Source: a virus
Taxonomy: Duplodnaviria; Caudoviricetes
Length of the DNA stretch: 42,368 bases
Strand: one strand, 5' to 3'
IMG/VR virus record: IMGVR_UViG_3300020439_001107
Coordinates: 1 to 42,368 of that record
Shown here piece after piece: positions 26,438 through 35,243 of the stretch. A program made the position numbers and the translations under genes. Positions within the stretch are counted from its first letter, which is position 1. Each line of letters opens with the position of its first letter. The notes below the pieces were generated by a model. That model was not told the DNA's origin. It saw only the letters and a list, made by a program, of their open reading frames with translations, and did no database searches.

Positions 26438-26463
26438 AAAGAAAAAGGGCATCGAAACGCCCT
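26438..26463 (-). terminator. Rho-independent terminator
   Basis: AGGGCGT-TTCG-ATGCCCT followed by TTTTCTTT. Confidence 0.85.
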
Positions 26464-26470
26464 CTCTCCC

Positions 26471-26513
26471 CACTCACGGAGCTGTTCACCGTGAGTGTAC
26501 TTATATGAACAGT
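26471..26513. other. Intergenic H-type pseudoknot-forming element
   Basis: 9-bp stem CACTCACGG/CCGTGAGTG whose loop CTGTTCA pairs with TGAACAG at 26506-26512. Confidence 0.55.
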
Positions 26514-26516
26514 GTA

Positions 26517-26687
26517 TCAACCCTTAAAGGTTTCTGTCCATTTTGTGAAGACATCTCGTGCTTCTTGCTTACTGAGACCAAACTCATTCTGCAACTCACG
26601 AGGCGCTCCAAACATATTTATCTGTCCAGACTCTCGTAAGATATCTAAAAAGACAAAAAAATCATCCAATTCAAATTTAACTTCCAT
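26517..26687 (-). CDS. Small phage protein
   Basis: LDILRESGQINMFGA; GAGG RBS favours the MEVKF start. Confidence 0.7.
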   Translation of the reverse strand: MEVKFELDDFFVFLDILRESGQINMFGAPRELQNEFGLSKQEARDVFTKWTETFKG

Positions 26688-26838
26688 AACGAACCTCATC
26701 CTCTTCTAACATCACTTCATATTCAGAAATCAGGAAAGTAAGTGAAGCAACCTTCTCCAGATTTTGTGTTTCTTGAGCAATCTCAAGTTCTTTGTTAAGT
26801 TTTGTCAAAGTCTTTTGTATCATCTCTTTGACACTCAT
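26677..26838 (-). CDS. Hypothetical protein (start revised to MSVKEMI)
   Basis: GGAG RBS at 26847-26850. Confidence 0.6.
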   Translation of the reverse strand: MSVKEMIQKTLTKLNKELEIAQETQNLEKVASLTFLISEYEVMLEEDEVRYGS

Positions 26839-26857
26839 AGTCCATACTCCATAATCA

Positions 26858-27298
26858 TTAACACGGTGCGTACTCATAGGGTTTGTTCCACTGTCCTGCG
26901 TTGATGTTAGTGTAGTAAGCAATATCAAAATAATCAGTCATGATATCACTCTTGTTGTACCACTCACCACGACTAGTAGGTGCTTTCATTGCTTTAACCA
27001 ACTCACCGTAGAAGTTAGCAACCTCTGGTTCTCCAACCTCGTTTGCCCACTCTTCAGCGTAGTATTCGTTCACTTGAAGATGGTCACCAACAGGGTAACT
27101 CTCTTGACCACGCTGTTCAGCAACCATGTCATTGTGCTTTTGAGCAACACCAAGTAAGTCCAACTTACCACCTTTAAGGTTGACCACCAAACTAGAATGA
27201 TTATCAACTGCGATAGTACCTTTCATACCGTACTTCTTCAATACTGCTTTGATTCCACCAGACAGTTCTTTCTTCATTTCTTGTGATACATATGCCAT
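26858..27298 (-). CDS. Early phage protein
   Basis: MAYVSQE...LKKYGMKG...SDIMTDYFD...WNKPY; GAGAGGT RBS; follows an early promoter. Confidence 0.8.
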   Translation of the reverse strand: MAYVSQEMKKELSGGIKAVLKKYGMKGTIAVDNHSSLVVNLKGGKLDLLGVAQKHNDMVAEQRGQESYPVGDHLQVNEYYAEEWANEVGEPEVANFYGELVKAMKAPTSRGEWYNKSDIMTDYFDIAYYTNINAGQWNKPYEYAPC

Positions 27299-27328
27299 GT
27301 TTTTTACCTCTCAATCAATTATGTTATT

Positions 27329-27357
27329 ATAATACCAAGACTCGCAGGTTTTGTCAA
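27329..27357 (-). promoter_or_regulatory. sigma70-type early promoter TTGACA-N17-TATTAT
   Basis: Followed by the same AATAACATAATT leader as the 2416 promoter. Confidence 0.85.
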
Positions 27358-27533
27358 GCGTTTTTTTCAACTATTTTTATTGAAACCAACTCGTCTTTTC
27401 CATGGTAAATTACTTTACCACCTGTCACTTCGAATAAGTCTTTTGCCAACTGCTTCTCTTCCTTTTCAGTGGGGTCGAAGTGTGGGTTCAAGAAGTATTC
27501 CTGTAACAGAGTTCCTTTCTTATATCCTTTCAT
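27354..27533 (-). CDS. 59-aa hypothetical protein (not in ORF track)
   Basis: MKGYKKGTLLQEYFLNPHFDPTEKEEKQLAKDLFEVTGG...; TAATG coupling; stop inside the -35 box. Confidence 0.65.
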   Translation of the reverse strand: MKGYKKGTLLQEYFLNPHFDPTEKEEKQLAKDLFEVTGGKVIYHGKDELVSIKIVEKNA

Positions 27534-27973
27534 TAGAAGTCTCCTACATCAACTTGTAAAACTCTCAACCCTTCTGCTCTGAACATGTCAACGACTTGTT
27601 GTCTGTCATCAACTGCCATCACAGGGTTGAACCCATCTTTCCTCATCTTGTCGAGAAACCCTTTCTTGAGTTCATCGTCAGGTCTGAAGTCAGTATCACC
27701 TCTCATGTAGATAGCACTGAAAGAAAGACCATTCATCATCAATTGCTTGAGGGTGGTTGCTCTCTGCCTTTCATTCCTACCAGTAGAGATAATAATCCTG
27801 TTCCCAGTTGCCCAGAGTGATTTTGCTAAGTCAAATATCTCCGTGTTTGGAGTATCCTGCATAACAACTTCAGGGTCTCTGAACGCATCAAAGTCCTTGG
27901 GTCTCTGGGTGACGAAGTGTCTCCTATGTTCTATGTCCATAAGAGTTCCGTCAACATCAAAAATAATATCCAT
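27533..27973 (-). CDS. HAD phosphatase resembling the PseT/PNK 3'-phosphatase domain
   Basis: IFDVDGTL, STGR, MR..D.RPD, DDRQQVVDMFR. Confidence 0.85.
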   Translation of the reverse strand: MDIIFDVDGTLMDIEHRRHFVTQRPKDFDAFRDPEVVMQDTPNTEIFDLAKSLWATGNRIIISTGRNERQRATTLKQLMMNGLSFSAIYMRGDTDFRPDDELKKGFLDKMRKDGFNPVMAVDDRQQVVDMFRAEGLRVLQVDVGDF

Positions 27974-27975
27974 AA

Positions 27976-28173
27976 TTAACCTTCGTAGCAGGGCATTTCC
28001 TCGAATCTTTTTTCGATGACTAACTCCTGCAATTTTTCGTAATCGAATTTTTCTTCATATGCGTCTTGATAAGACATTTGAAGTTCGTCCAGTAAGTCTT
28101 CCAGTGAATAGTTTGCACAGTAGACTTGCAATGATATTTGGTCATAAATTGCTTCGTTATATTGACAACTCAT
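27976..28173 (-). CDS. Hypothetical acidic protein
   Basis: GAGGTG RBS, TAATG coupling. Confidence 0.6.
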   Translation of the reverse strand: MSCQYNEAIYDQISLQVYCANYSLEDLLDELQMSYQDAYEEKFDYEKLQELVIEKRFEEMPCYEG

Positions 28174-28562
28174 TATGCCACCTCTTTACATCTTTCATTA
28201 TAAAAACCATCCTCTTTGTAGAGAACACCATTTGATTCAAAATCTAAGAAACCGTCAAGGTTGAAGTTATCAACTGGGACAGTATCACCAGAATTTTCAT
28301 AACCCATTGGAACTAAGAAGTAGAACTTCTCATCAGTAGGGTCAAAGATTACATCACCAGAGGAAGTAGACCTTAGTCCATCTTGACCTTTAGGTAACTC
28401 ACATTGAAGTAAAACTTCTGGATTCTCAATCCAAGAAGATTCAATGTTATTAGAAAGTCTGTATGCATCAGACATGTTGTAAGCAGACACAACTGCTACT
28501 TCAGTGAAACCGTCACCTGCGGTGCTAAAGTTATTAGCATGGTAGATAATGTAGTCATTCAT
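28173..28562 (-). CDS. Hypothetical early protein with YodL-like RSTSSGDV motif (start revised to MNDYII)
   Basis: GAGAGGT RBS before ATG 28562. Confidence 0.65.
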   Translation of the reverse strand: MNDYIIYHANNFSTAGDGFTEVAVVSAYNMSDAYRLSNNIESSWIENPEVLLQCELPKGQDGLRSTSSGDVIFDPTDEKFYFLVPMGYENSGDTVPVDNFNLDGFLDFESNGVLYKEDGFYNERCKEVA

Positions 28563-28595
28563 ATTTAACCTCTCTTTTTTCTTCATTATGTTGTT

Positions 28596-28624
28596 ATAAT
28601 AACAAGTCTAGCAGAAAATGTCAA
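28596..28624 (-). promoter_or_regulatory. sigma70-type early promoter TTGACA-N17-TATTAT
   Basis: 28585-28626 matches 2405-2446 at 39 of 42 nt. Confidence 0.85.
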
Positions 28625-28638
28625 GCGGTTTTTATGAA

Positions 28639-29520
28639 TTAATATGAAATAATTTTGAGGTTTCCGTCTTCGTTTGAGTCTAAATGTCTGTATAAATCTT
28701 CCATCATTACATCATGTAATTCATACATTACGGTAATAGGATTGTTCCCTTTGAACTTACGAGACTCTCGTGCAACCATAGCATCCATGTTACGACCATA
28801 TAGTTCTCTAGATGCTATCTGAACGGACAGGACTGTCTTACATTTGTGTAATGCACCAAACAAATGCTCTAGTGATTGTCCATGGTGATAGGACATACCA
28901 TACCCATAGGTATCGTCTTCTTGAAAATGGTCAAAGGTACTTTGGATTCTCCATAGGAGTTGTCCATGTAAAACCTTGTTTTTATAGAGGTCATCTATCT
29001 CACCTGTAAGTAACTCTTCTGCGATAAAAAGTGCAGGGTCATCATCATTTACTTCCCATGGTTGAATCTCTTCGGTAGACGCATCCTCTGCCATATCAGG
29101 AGTAAGTTTGATACCCATCATACCATTATTTCTTGCTTCATTCAACCACTTGTATTGCTCGTAATGTTGTTCATGAAACCGTTGTGAATTCTGGTCAGCA
29201 CCATCTACTACAAAGTTGAGAAAAGGTTTATTGAATTTACGAATGTATTCTTCTACATTGTGTCGAATAATCTTTTGCTTCTGAGGGTGAAATACATCAT
29301 CATGATTTGTGTATAAAGGTAATCCAAGTTCCAGACATGCCAATACAAATGACAATTGTTTAATGCCATTCAGAGGAATCGATACATTGACTATATCCCC
29401 TTTCTTTGCACCTCTAGAGATTAGTAGTTGCTTTGCCTGATTTGTCTGGTCAATAATATCTTGTTTACCAAACTTGTTTAGTCGGATATCATCTCTAATT
29501 AAATCTCTATACATCTTCAT
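28639..29520 (-). CDS. Degenerate AMP-binding (ANL)-like protein, paralog of 29507-30811
   Basis: RGAKKGDIV...LACLELG, QPWEVNDDDPAL; P-loop not recognisable. Confidence 0.55.
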   Translation of the reverse strand: MKMYRDLIRDDIRLNKFGKQDIIDQTNQAKQLLISRGAKKGDIVNVSIPLNGIKQLSFVLACLELGLPLYTNHDDVFHPQKQKIIRHNVEEYIRKFNKPFLNFVVDGADQNSQRFHEQHYEQYKWLNEARNNGMMGIKLTPDMAEDASTEEIQPWEVNDDDPALFIAEELLTGEIDDLYKNKVLHGQLLWRIQSTFDHFQEDDTYGYGMSYHHGQSLEHLFGALHKCKTVLSVQIASRELYGRNMDAMVARESRKFKGNNPITVMYELHDVMMEDLYRHLDSNEDGNLKIISY

Positions 29521-30811
29521 ACGGTATACCTTTTACTGTGGCAATATGCCCACGCAGTTGCTCCATGCTTACTTTAGTATCATGACCAAACACTGATAGG
29601 TCTAAATCTTCCAAATCATGTTTGACCAATAAGTCCCATGCACTGGCATTTGCTTTCTTCCTGCCACCTAGTAGATACAATACTTTATTGTTTGTATGCA
29701 GACGGTATATATTGTCTTCCATTTCCCTAGGTTCATCCCACCATGAATGTGATACTCTCAAGGTATTCTTTCTATAAGTTACCTTGTAGAAATCATCTGG
29801 GACTTCTCCTAGACAGTTAGGCAATACATCTGTATCTTTATCCACACGGTTTACTAACAACGGTATCGCAGTATCGATACTACCGTAATGTGAATCGAAA
29901 CAGACATTATACTTCTCTGCTATATCACGAAACGCAGGGGTCATAGCAAACCCACACATGTTAATATTTAGTTTCGTGTTGAACGGTTTATCGAAGAAAT
30001 CTAGGAAATCATTAAGTGCCGTTCTGTTAGGTATCATGATGTGAGTCATATTCTGTGCTTGAATAGTCTCGAAGTCTTTTTTCCTATCTGTAATATATCC
30101 TTCCATAGGAACTGGATGATGATGACTCACTGGAAAAGTAAAGTGTACTTTTGCTATCATCAAAGACGGAAGCAGACTAGTCAATAGAGCAGACGCATGG
30201 TGTAGATTTCTACTATGACATACTCTTGAGTTTTCATCAAACTTAAAGATAGGAATGTTTCTCTGAGATATTCCCATTACCTCTTTGTGTGAAAACAAGA
30301 CTGGTCTAGACGGTCTAGTTGTTCCAGATGTAGAACTCACTAGTAATGGGTCTTCAGGGTCTACTGTCCACGGTTGTACAGGAAGGTCATATCCTTCTGG
30401 TGGACTTTTAAGCATTGGTTGTATGTCAATAGACAGTCCACAATATTCTTTTAACAATTTACCATGTAAACCACCGTATGCATTATGGGTACTTTGCTCT
30501 GCTTCAATATACCAATCTGCTCCACCATGTAAAGCAATCTTAGTATAAGGTAAAGATTCTTTGGTTGCAGGTGTATCTAATAGGAATAGTTTACATCCTA
30601 GTTCTGCACAAGCAATTAAACTTGCTACATGTGATGGGTCTACACCTAGAATAGAAATGACTATGGTGTCACCTTTTTGAACACCTCTGTCTAACATCAA
30701 GTGTTTAATACGGTTGATATTTCTATCAAACCATGCTTCATCAAAGATATTGTTACCAAACATCCATGCGATATCTGGTGCTATGATGTCACGACTTAAT
30801 ATGTTTTGCAT
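29507..30811 (-). CDS. AMP-binding (ANL adenylate-forming) family protein lacking the C-terminal subdomain
   Basis: RGVQKGDTI, STSGTTRPSRPVLFSH (A3-like), HYGSID (A5-like), ED...GGRK (A7/A8-like). Confidence 0.7.
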   Translation of the reverse strand: MQNILSRDIIAPDIAWMFGNNIFDEAWFDRNINRIKHLMLDRGVQKGDTIVISILGVDPSHVASLIACAELGCKLFLLDTPATKESLPYTKIALHGGADWYIEAEQSTHNAYGGLHGKLLKEYCGLSIDIQPMLKSPPEGYDLPVQPWTVDPEDPLLVSSTSGTTRPSRPVLFSHKEVMGISQRNIPIFKFDENSRVCHSRNLHHASALLTSLLPSLMIAKVHFTFPVSHHHPVPMEGYITDRKKDFETIQAQNMTHIMIPNRTALNDFLDFFDKPFNTKLNINMCGFAMTPAFRDIAEKYNVCFDSHYGSIDTAIPLLVNRVDKDTDVLPNCLGEVPDDFYKVTYRKNTLRVSHSWWDEPREMEDNIYRLHTNNKVLYLLGGRKKANASAWDLLVKHDLEDLDLSVFGHDTKVSMEQLRGHIATVKGIPYEDV

Positions 30812-31193
30812 GAATTTTACATCCTATAAATTCGTTGTAGTAATCGTCCCTGAGAAGGACATCATTTTCAAACTGCAATTTTGCTTCGTAGTAACTGCAC
30901 TCACCCTTAGTTTTGCAGAGTCTAAGGATATCTCTACGGAACTCTTTGCCCTCTTCAACTAATAGTTTTACCTGTTCTGACGAACCATAGTAATCCTGCC
31001 AGTCGGACTGGACACGAGTTCTTTTTCTGCGTTTTCTTGTTTTAGTAACAGGAAGGATTTTGGGTTTCCAAAAGAACTTCTTACCGATATATTTCTTACC
31101 AGTATCGACCTCTGTGATTTGATATACAAACCCCTGATAGGGTTCTAACCACTCATCGTCAGGTGCAAAAGGAAAGTCTTCGTAATACCACAT
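30789..31193 (-). CDS. Small GIY-YIG family nuclease-like protein
   Basis: GFVYQIT...KKYIGKK, SDWQDYYGSS, YYEAK, YYN. Confidence 0.75.
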   Translation of the reverse strand: MWYYEDFPFAPDDEWLEPYQGFVYQITEVDTGKKYIGKKFFWKPKILPVTKTRKRRKRTRVQSDWQDYYGSSEQVKLLVEEGKEFRRDILRLCKTKGECSYYEAKLQFENDVLLRDDYYNEFIGCKIHAKHIKS

Positions 31194-31206
31194 ACATATA
31201 TGTATA

Positions 31207-31491
31207 CTACTTTTTGAACTTTCTTATTCTTCCTTCATACCACATAGGCACATACCACCAAGGTAACTTGCGTAACCTAGGCATTGTATATTCCCATTCT
31301 ACACCATCAGGGTCTACCCAAGTGCAGTGGAATCCATTCCATAACCTTGACCGATACCAACGAACTGAACCACCCTCTGAGATAAGTTTCTCAAGAGTCC
31401 AGAAGTAGCAGTTGTTTTTGTGGGTAAATAGTCGGTAAGGCCACATCCAAAAGAATACTACAAAGAGTATTCCAGTTGTAAAATATCTCAC
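31207..31491 (-). CDS. Trp-rich hypothetical protein
   Basis: GTG directly after the TAG of the upstream gene; hydrophobic N-terminus. Confidence 0.55.
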   Translation of the reverse strand: MRYFTTGILFVVFFWMWPYRLFTHKNNCYFWTLEKLISEGGSVRWYRSRLWNGFHCTWVDPDGVEWEYTMPRLRKLPWWYVPMWYEGRIRKFKK

Positions 31492-31614
31492 CTATCCAAT
31501 CTCTATCTCCGTGCCACACATGGGGCAGAACAAAGGTTCTTCGTCTTCTTCCACGATTACTACTGTGGTAACCCCACATATATCACATTCAAGTGTATAT
31601 TCTTGGTCATCCAT
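31492..31614 (-). CDS. 40-aa zinc-ribbon protein (not in ORF track)
   Basis: MDDQEYTLECDICGVTTVVIVEEDEEPLFCPMCGTEIEIG; two CxxC pairs; TAATG-coupled to nrdB. Confidence 0.75.
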   Translation of the reverse strand: MDDQEYTLECDICGVTTVVIVEEDEEPLFCPMCGTEIEIG

Positions 31615-32627
31615 TAAGCAGCGCAACCACGACCATCAAGACCACATGCTTCAGGTTCAGATTCCGCATTATCAAAGTCAGACCATCCCCAGTCACCTTC
31701 CATGCCGTTGACTGAGTATTCGGTAACTCTTTTCTCAAAGAAGTTATCGTGTGACGCACCGTTTAAGACCCAATCCAACCATGGAATAGGATTGTCTTTG
31801 ACTCCAAAGTTTGGTTTCATACCAAGTTGTAGAAGTCTACGGTCAGCAATATGTCTAATGTATTGCTTTACATCTTCTTCGGTAAGACCTTCCATCTCTA
31901 GACCATTGAATGCTAGTTTAATGAATCGGTCTTCAAGTTTGACAACATTTTTTGCCATCTTGTAGATTTTAGATTTGAGTTCATCGTTTACGATACGAGG
32001 GTGTTCCTCACATAATGTTCTGAATAGTTTTGCATTACCTTGAACATGTAGGGTCTCATCACGAATAGACCATTCTACAATTGTTCCCATGCCTTTCATC
32101 TTACCGAATCTTTGGAAGTTGAGTAGCATTACAAATGATGCAAATACAGATAAACCTTCATTGAATACAGACTGAGCAAGTGCTAAAGCAAGACCAGTAT
32201 TAGATTTGATTTCACCTTCTTTCATGAAGTCAATCTTATCTGCCATCTCTTTATACTCTAGGAACTTATGAAAGTCTTCATCTGGCAATCCAAGAGTATC
32301 ATTTAGTAATGCGTATGCTCTCTGGTGAACACCTTCTCTGTTAGCAAATGATGATAGCATGTTACGAACTTCGTTGTTCTTAAAACGAGGAATCAGTAAC
32401 TCGTGGTAGTTCTCTCCTACCTGTACATCTGATTGAGTAAACAATCTCAATACCTGTGTAATGAAATCTTTCTCAGATTCGTTTAGTTTAGTTCTCCAAT
32501 CTTGAACATCTTCCGATAGTTCTGCTTCATCTTCTATCCAATGAATCTCTTCATGTTTTTTTACTAGTTCCACTGCCCATGGATATAGGAATGGTTTATA
32601 TGTTTTTGAAAATTGTAGTAATGACAT
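31614..32627 (-). CDS. nrdB: Class I ribonucleotide reductase beta subunit
   Basis: FTQSD, EGVHQRAY (radical Tyr), NEG, DETLH, NFFEKRVTEY. Confidence 0.95.
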   Translation of the reverse strand: MSLLQFSKTYKPFLYPWAVELVKKHEEIHWIEDEAELSEDVQDWRTKLNESEKDFITQVLRLFTQSDVQVGENYHELLIPRFKNNEVRNMLSSFANREGVHQRAYALLNDTLGLPDEDFHKFLEYKEMADKIDFMKEGEIKSNTGLALALAQSVFNEGLSVFASFVMLLNFQRFGKMKGMGTIVEWSIRDETLHVQGNAKLFRTLCEEHPRIVNDELKSKIYKMAKNVVKLEDRFIKLAFNGLEMEGLTEEDVKQYIRHIADRRLLQLGMKPNFGVKDNPIPWLDWVLNGASHDNFFEKRVTEYSVNGMEGDWGWSDFDNAESEPEACGLDGRGCAA

Positions 32628-32630
32628 TTA

Positions 32631-34625
32631 TTATCCCTCGCAAGCCCGACACTCTTCGGACTCTTCTGTATTTGCGTTATTTAAGTATGACATAAGTTCA
32701 TCGTATCCACCGACATATTCCCCTTCAATATAAATCTGAGGAACAGTCCTGACCTTTCTTCCAGTCACTTCACTGGCAGTTTTGCCAATCTCTTGTAGGT
32801 CAATATAATCATAGGAGATACCTCTTAACTTGAGTTCTTCCTTTGCCAATGAGCAGTATGGGCAATCCTTCTTGCCGTAGATAATAGAACGAGTATCACC
32901 CTGTAGTGCCACTCTTTCTACCTTCTCAGAAACCGTTTCTGCTCTCTGTTTTGCTTCTGTTCGTAGGTAGTAAAGACCTTTCAGTCCTTGCTTCCATGCC
33001 TGATAATGAACCTTATTTACATATGACTTGTCTGCTCCACTTGGAAAGAAGAGGTTGACAGATTGTCCTTGACAAATATAGGGTTGCCTTTCAGATGCGT
33101 GTTGAATTATCCAGTTCTGGTCTAATTCGTCCGCTGTTTTATATATACTTTTTTCACCTTCAGTGAGGAATCCTAGGTGTTGAACTGAACCTTTATTGGT
33201 AATAATAGACTTCCAAGTAGATTCTGTATTGTGACCATAGAATTCTAGTGTCTCTTCTAGGTATTTGTTCTTCACTAAGAACGAACCAGAACGAGTCCTA
33301 TGAGTATATGCATTTGCTTTCATAGGTTCGATAGAAGGACTTGTTGCAAGAATAATACCTGAACTAGCATTCGGTGCGATTGCTAACAGGTGGGAGTTCC
33401 TTTTACCAGACCCAACACCATCAGGATATTCCCCACGCTCTTCGGCAAGGAGTTCAGTTTCTTTAACTGCTTCTGATTTAATGTGTTCGAACACTGCTTT
33501 GTTGATGTCTCTTGCTTGTTCTGATTCCCATGCGACTTTGTGTTTTTGGAGTAGGGAGTGGAATCCCATTGCTCCGAGTCCAAGACTTCTTTCTCTTTCT
33601 GCACTGTATTTTGCTCTAGAGATTGTATCTGGTGCGTTGTCGATAAAGAACTGCAAGACATTATCAAGCATCCTAATAATATCACGGACAATGGTCGTAT
33701 CACGCCACTCATCATAGTATTCAAGGTTGAGTGATGAAAGACAACACACGGCAGTCCTATCGTCTGAAGTAGGTAAGTGTATTTCGTTACATAAGTTTGA
33801 CCCATGAATTTTTAATCCCTGTTCTTTCAAAGGTTCTGGTAATGCTTTATTAGCAGTATCAATAAAGTTTAGATAAGGTTCACCTGTTCTAAATCTTACT
33901 TCTAGGATTCTCTCCCATAGTTTACGAGCATCAATACTATCTTTGACTGTACCGTCTTTAGGGTCACGCAAATCAAATTCTGTACCCTGTTCAACTGCTT
34001 CCATAAACTCATCAGTAATATTGATAGCATTGTGTAGGTTGAGTGCTTTCCGTTGCACATCACCTGTAGGAATACGGATGTTTAGAAACTCTACGATATC
34101 AGGATGACTGACATCCATATAGGCCGCATACGAACCCTTACGAGTCTTACCTTGTCGATAGGCAATCATATCTGCATCAACAGTATGTAAGAAGGGGATA
34201 GGCCCAGGCGCAATATCCGATACAGTTCTAACCGAACTCCAATGACCCCCAACACCACCACCGAACACAGATAACCATCTGAGTTCAGATGAGTGACCAA
34301 TCAACCCTTCAAGAGTATCAGGGACATAGGTAAGGAAACAACTGATAGGCATTCCCTTATCTTTGGCACTTTCTCCATTGGGTGCATTTGATAGCACAGG
34401 AGATGCAAACATGAACCACTTGTTACTCACATAAGAATATAATCTCTCTGCGAGGTCTGAATCTAATTCATCTTTGTATTTGCTCCATGCTAGAGATGCT
34501 CTAGCAAATGCTTCTTGGGGGGACTTCTCATGCTCCTTGAGGTAAAAGTCTTGGAGCATTCCGACTGCGTAATCTTCTAATAGTTTATCTTTCTTCTTGT
34601 CAATCTTAACGATGCTGTCTGCCAT
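32631..34625 (-). CDS. nrdA: Class I ribonucleotide reductase alpha subunit with inserted glutaredoxin domain
   Basis: SPVLSN, ISCFL, SNLCNEI, VCCLSS, APNASS, LYYLR; Grx motifs CPYC, TVPQI, GGYD; terminal CRAC. Confidence 0.95.
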   Translation of the reverse strand: MADSIVKIDKKKDKLLEDYAVGMLQDFYLKEHEKSPQEAFARASLAWSKYKDELDSDLAERLYSYVSNKWFMFASPVLSNAPNGESAKDKGMPISCFLTYVPDTLEGLIGHSSELRWLSVFGGGVGGHWSSVRTVSDIAPGPIPFLHTVDADMIAYRQGKTRKGSYAAYMDVSHPDIVEFLNIRIPTGDVQRKALNLHNAINITDEFMEAVEQGTEFDLRDPKDGTVKDSIDARKLWERILEVRFRTGEPYLNFIDTANKALPEPLKEQGLKIHGSNLCNEIHLPTSDDRTAVCCLSSLNLEYYDEWRDTTIVRDIIRMLDNVLQFFIDNAPDTISRAKYSAERERSLGLGAMGFHSLLQKHKVAWESEQARDINKAVFEHIKSEAVKETELLAEERGEYPDGVGSGKRNSHLLAIAPNASSGIILATSPSIEPMKANAYTHRTRSGSFLVKNKYLEETLEFYGHNTESTWKSIITNKGSVQHLGFLTEGEKSIYKTADELDQNWIIQHASERQPYICQGQSVNLFFPSGADKSYVNKVHYQAWKQGLKGLYYLRTEAKQRAETVSEKVERVALQGDTRSIIYGKKDCPYCSLAKEELKLRGISYDYIDLQEIGKTASEVTGRKVRTVPQIYIEGEYVGGYDELMSYLNNANTEESEECRACEG

Positions 34626-34694
34626 CTTTTTATTCCATGTAAATTTAGTCGGAGCGTAGATGTATTTATCACGCTCAGGGTTTCAATGTGTAAC

Positions 34695-34723
34695 ATTATA
34701 CACTACTATTTTCAAAAAGTCAA
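34695..34723 (-). promoter_or_regulatory. sigma70-type promoter TTGACT-N17-TATAAT for nrdAB
   Basis: -35 at 34718-34723, -10 at 34695-34700. Confidence 0.8.
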
Positions 34724-34757
34724 TAACTTTTTGTTGCAGTGTTATAGCAAGAAGATA

Positions 34758-35234
34758 TTACTTATTATTAACATGAGAGTTTCTAGTTTTGTCGATTGCT
34801 CTCGAACCAAACCAGAAAGAAATGATAGCGGCGAATATTGCCTTGGTATCATCGTCCCATAGGATATTGACTGCTTCGGAAAAGTCTGTTCCCTTTTCCA
34901 TCGCTTCCATCAACAGAGTCACTTCAATCACTGCAAACAAACCAAAGAAGCAGTAGGTAATTATTGGTCGGACTGACTTCTGTAGTCCTGCAATAAAACC
35001 TTTTCCTTGGTTAATACTAATGTCATGGTCGATGAGTCGCTGATGTTCTTTATCTGCCCCCATCTGTTCATACATTTTAATCTCGTGGTCAAAACCTGCG
35101 GCCCTAAGTTCCGCCATTTTTTCCATCTTCTTGAGTTCAAATTTCTGTTCGTTCTTCTGTCTGAAATGGTCTGTGATAGCAGGAACTACCGAACCACCGA
35201 ATCCTAATAGACTACCTAAAATACCTGATAACAT
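34758..35234 (-). CDS. Holin-like membrane protein (3TM-holin-like)
   Basis: SVRPIITY...IISFWFGSR; hydrophobic helices; GAGGA RBS. Confidence 0.6.
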   Translation of the reverse strand: MLSGILGSLLGFGGSVVPAITDHFRQKNEQKFELKKMEKMAELRAAGFDHEIKMYEQMGADKEHQRLIDHDISINQGKGFIAGLQKSVRPIITYCFFGLFAVIEVTLLMEAMEKGTDFSEAVNILWDDDTKAIFAAIISFWFGSRAIDKTRNSHVNNK

Positions 35235-35243
35235 ATTGTTTCC

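Noticed and set aside
30789-31193. GIY-YIG gene near nrdB as a mobile homing endonuclease
   Set aside because: It is only 134 aa with no DNA-binding tail and interrupts no gene; a resident nuclease is more likely.
31614-34625. Intron or intein in nrdA/nrdB
   Set aside because: Both frames are continuous. The only extra segment is a glutaredoxin domain without intein splice motifs.
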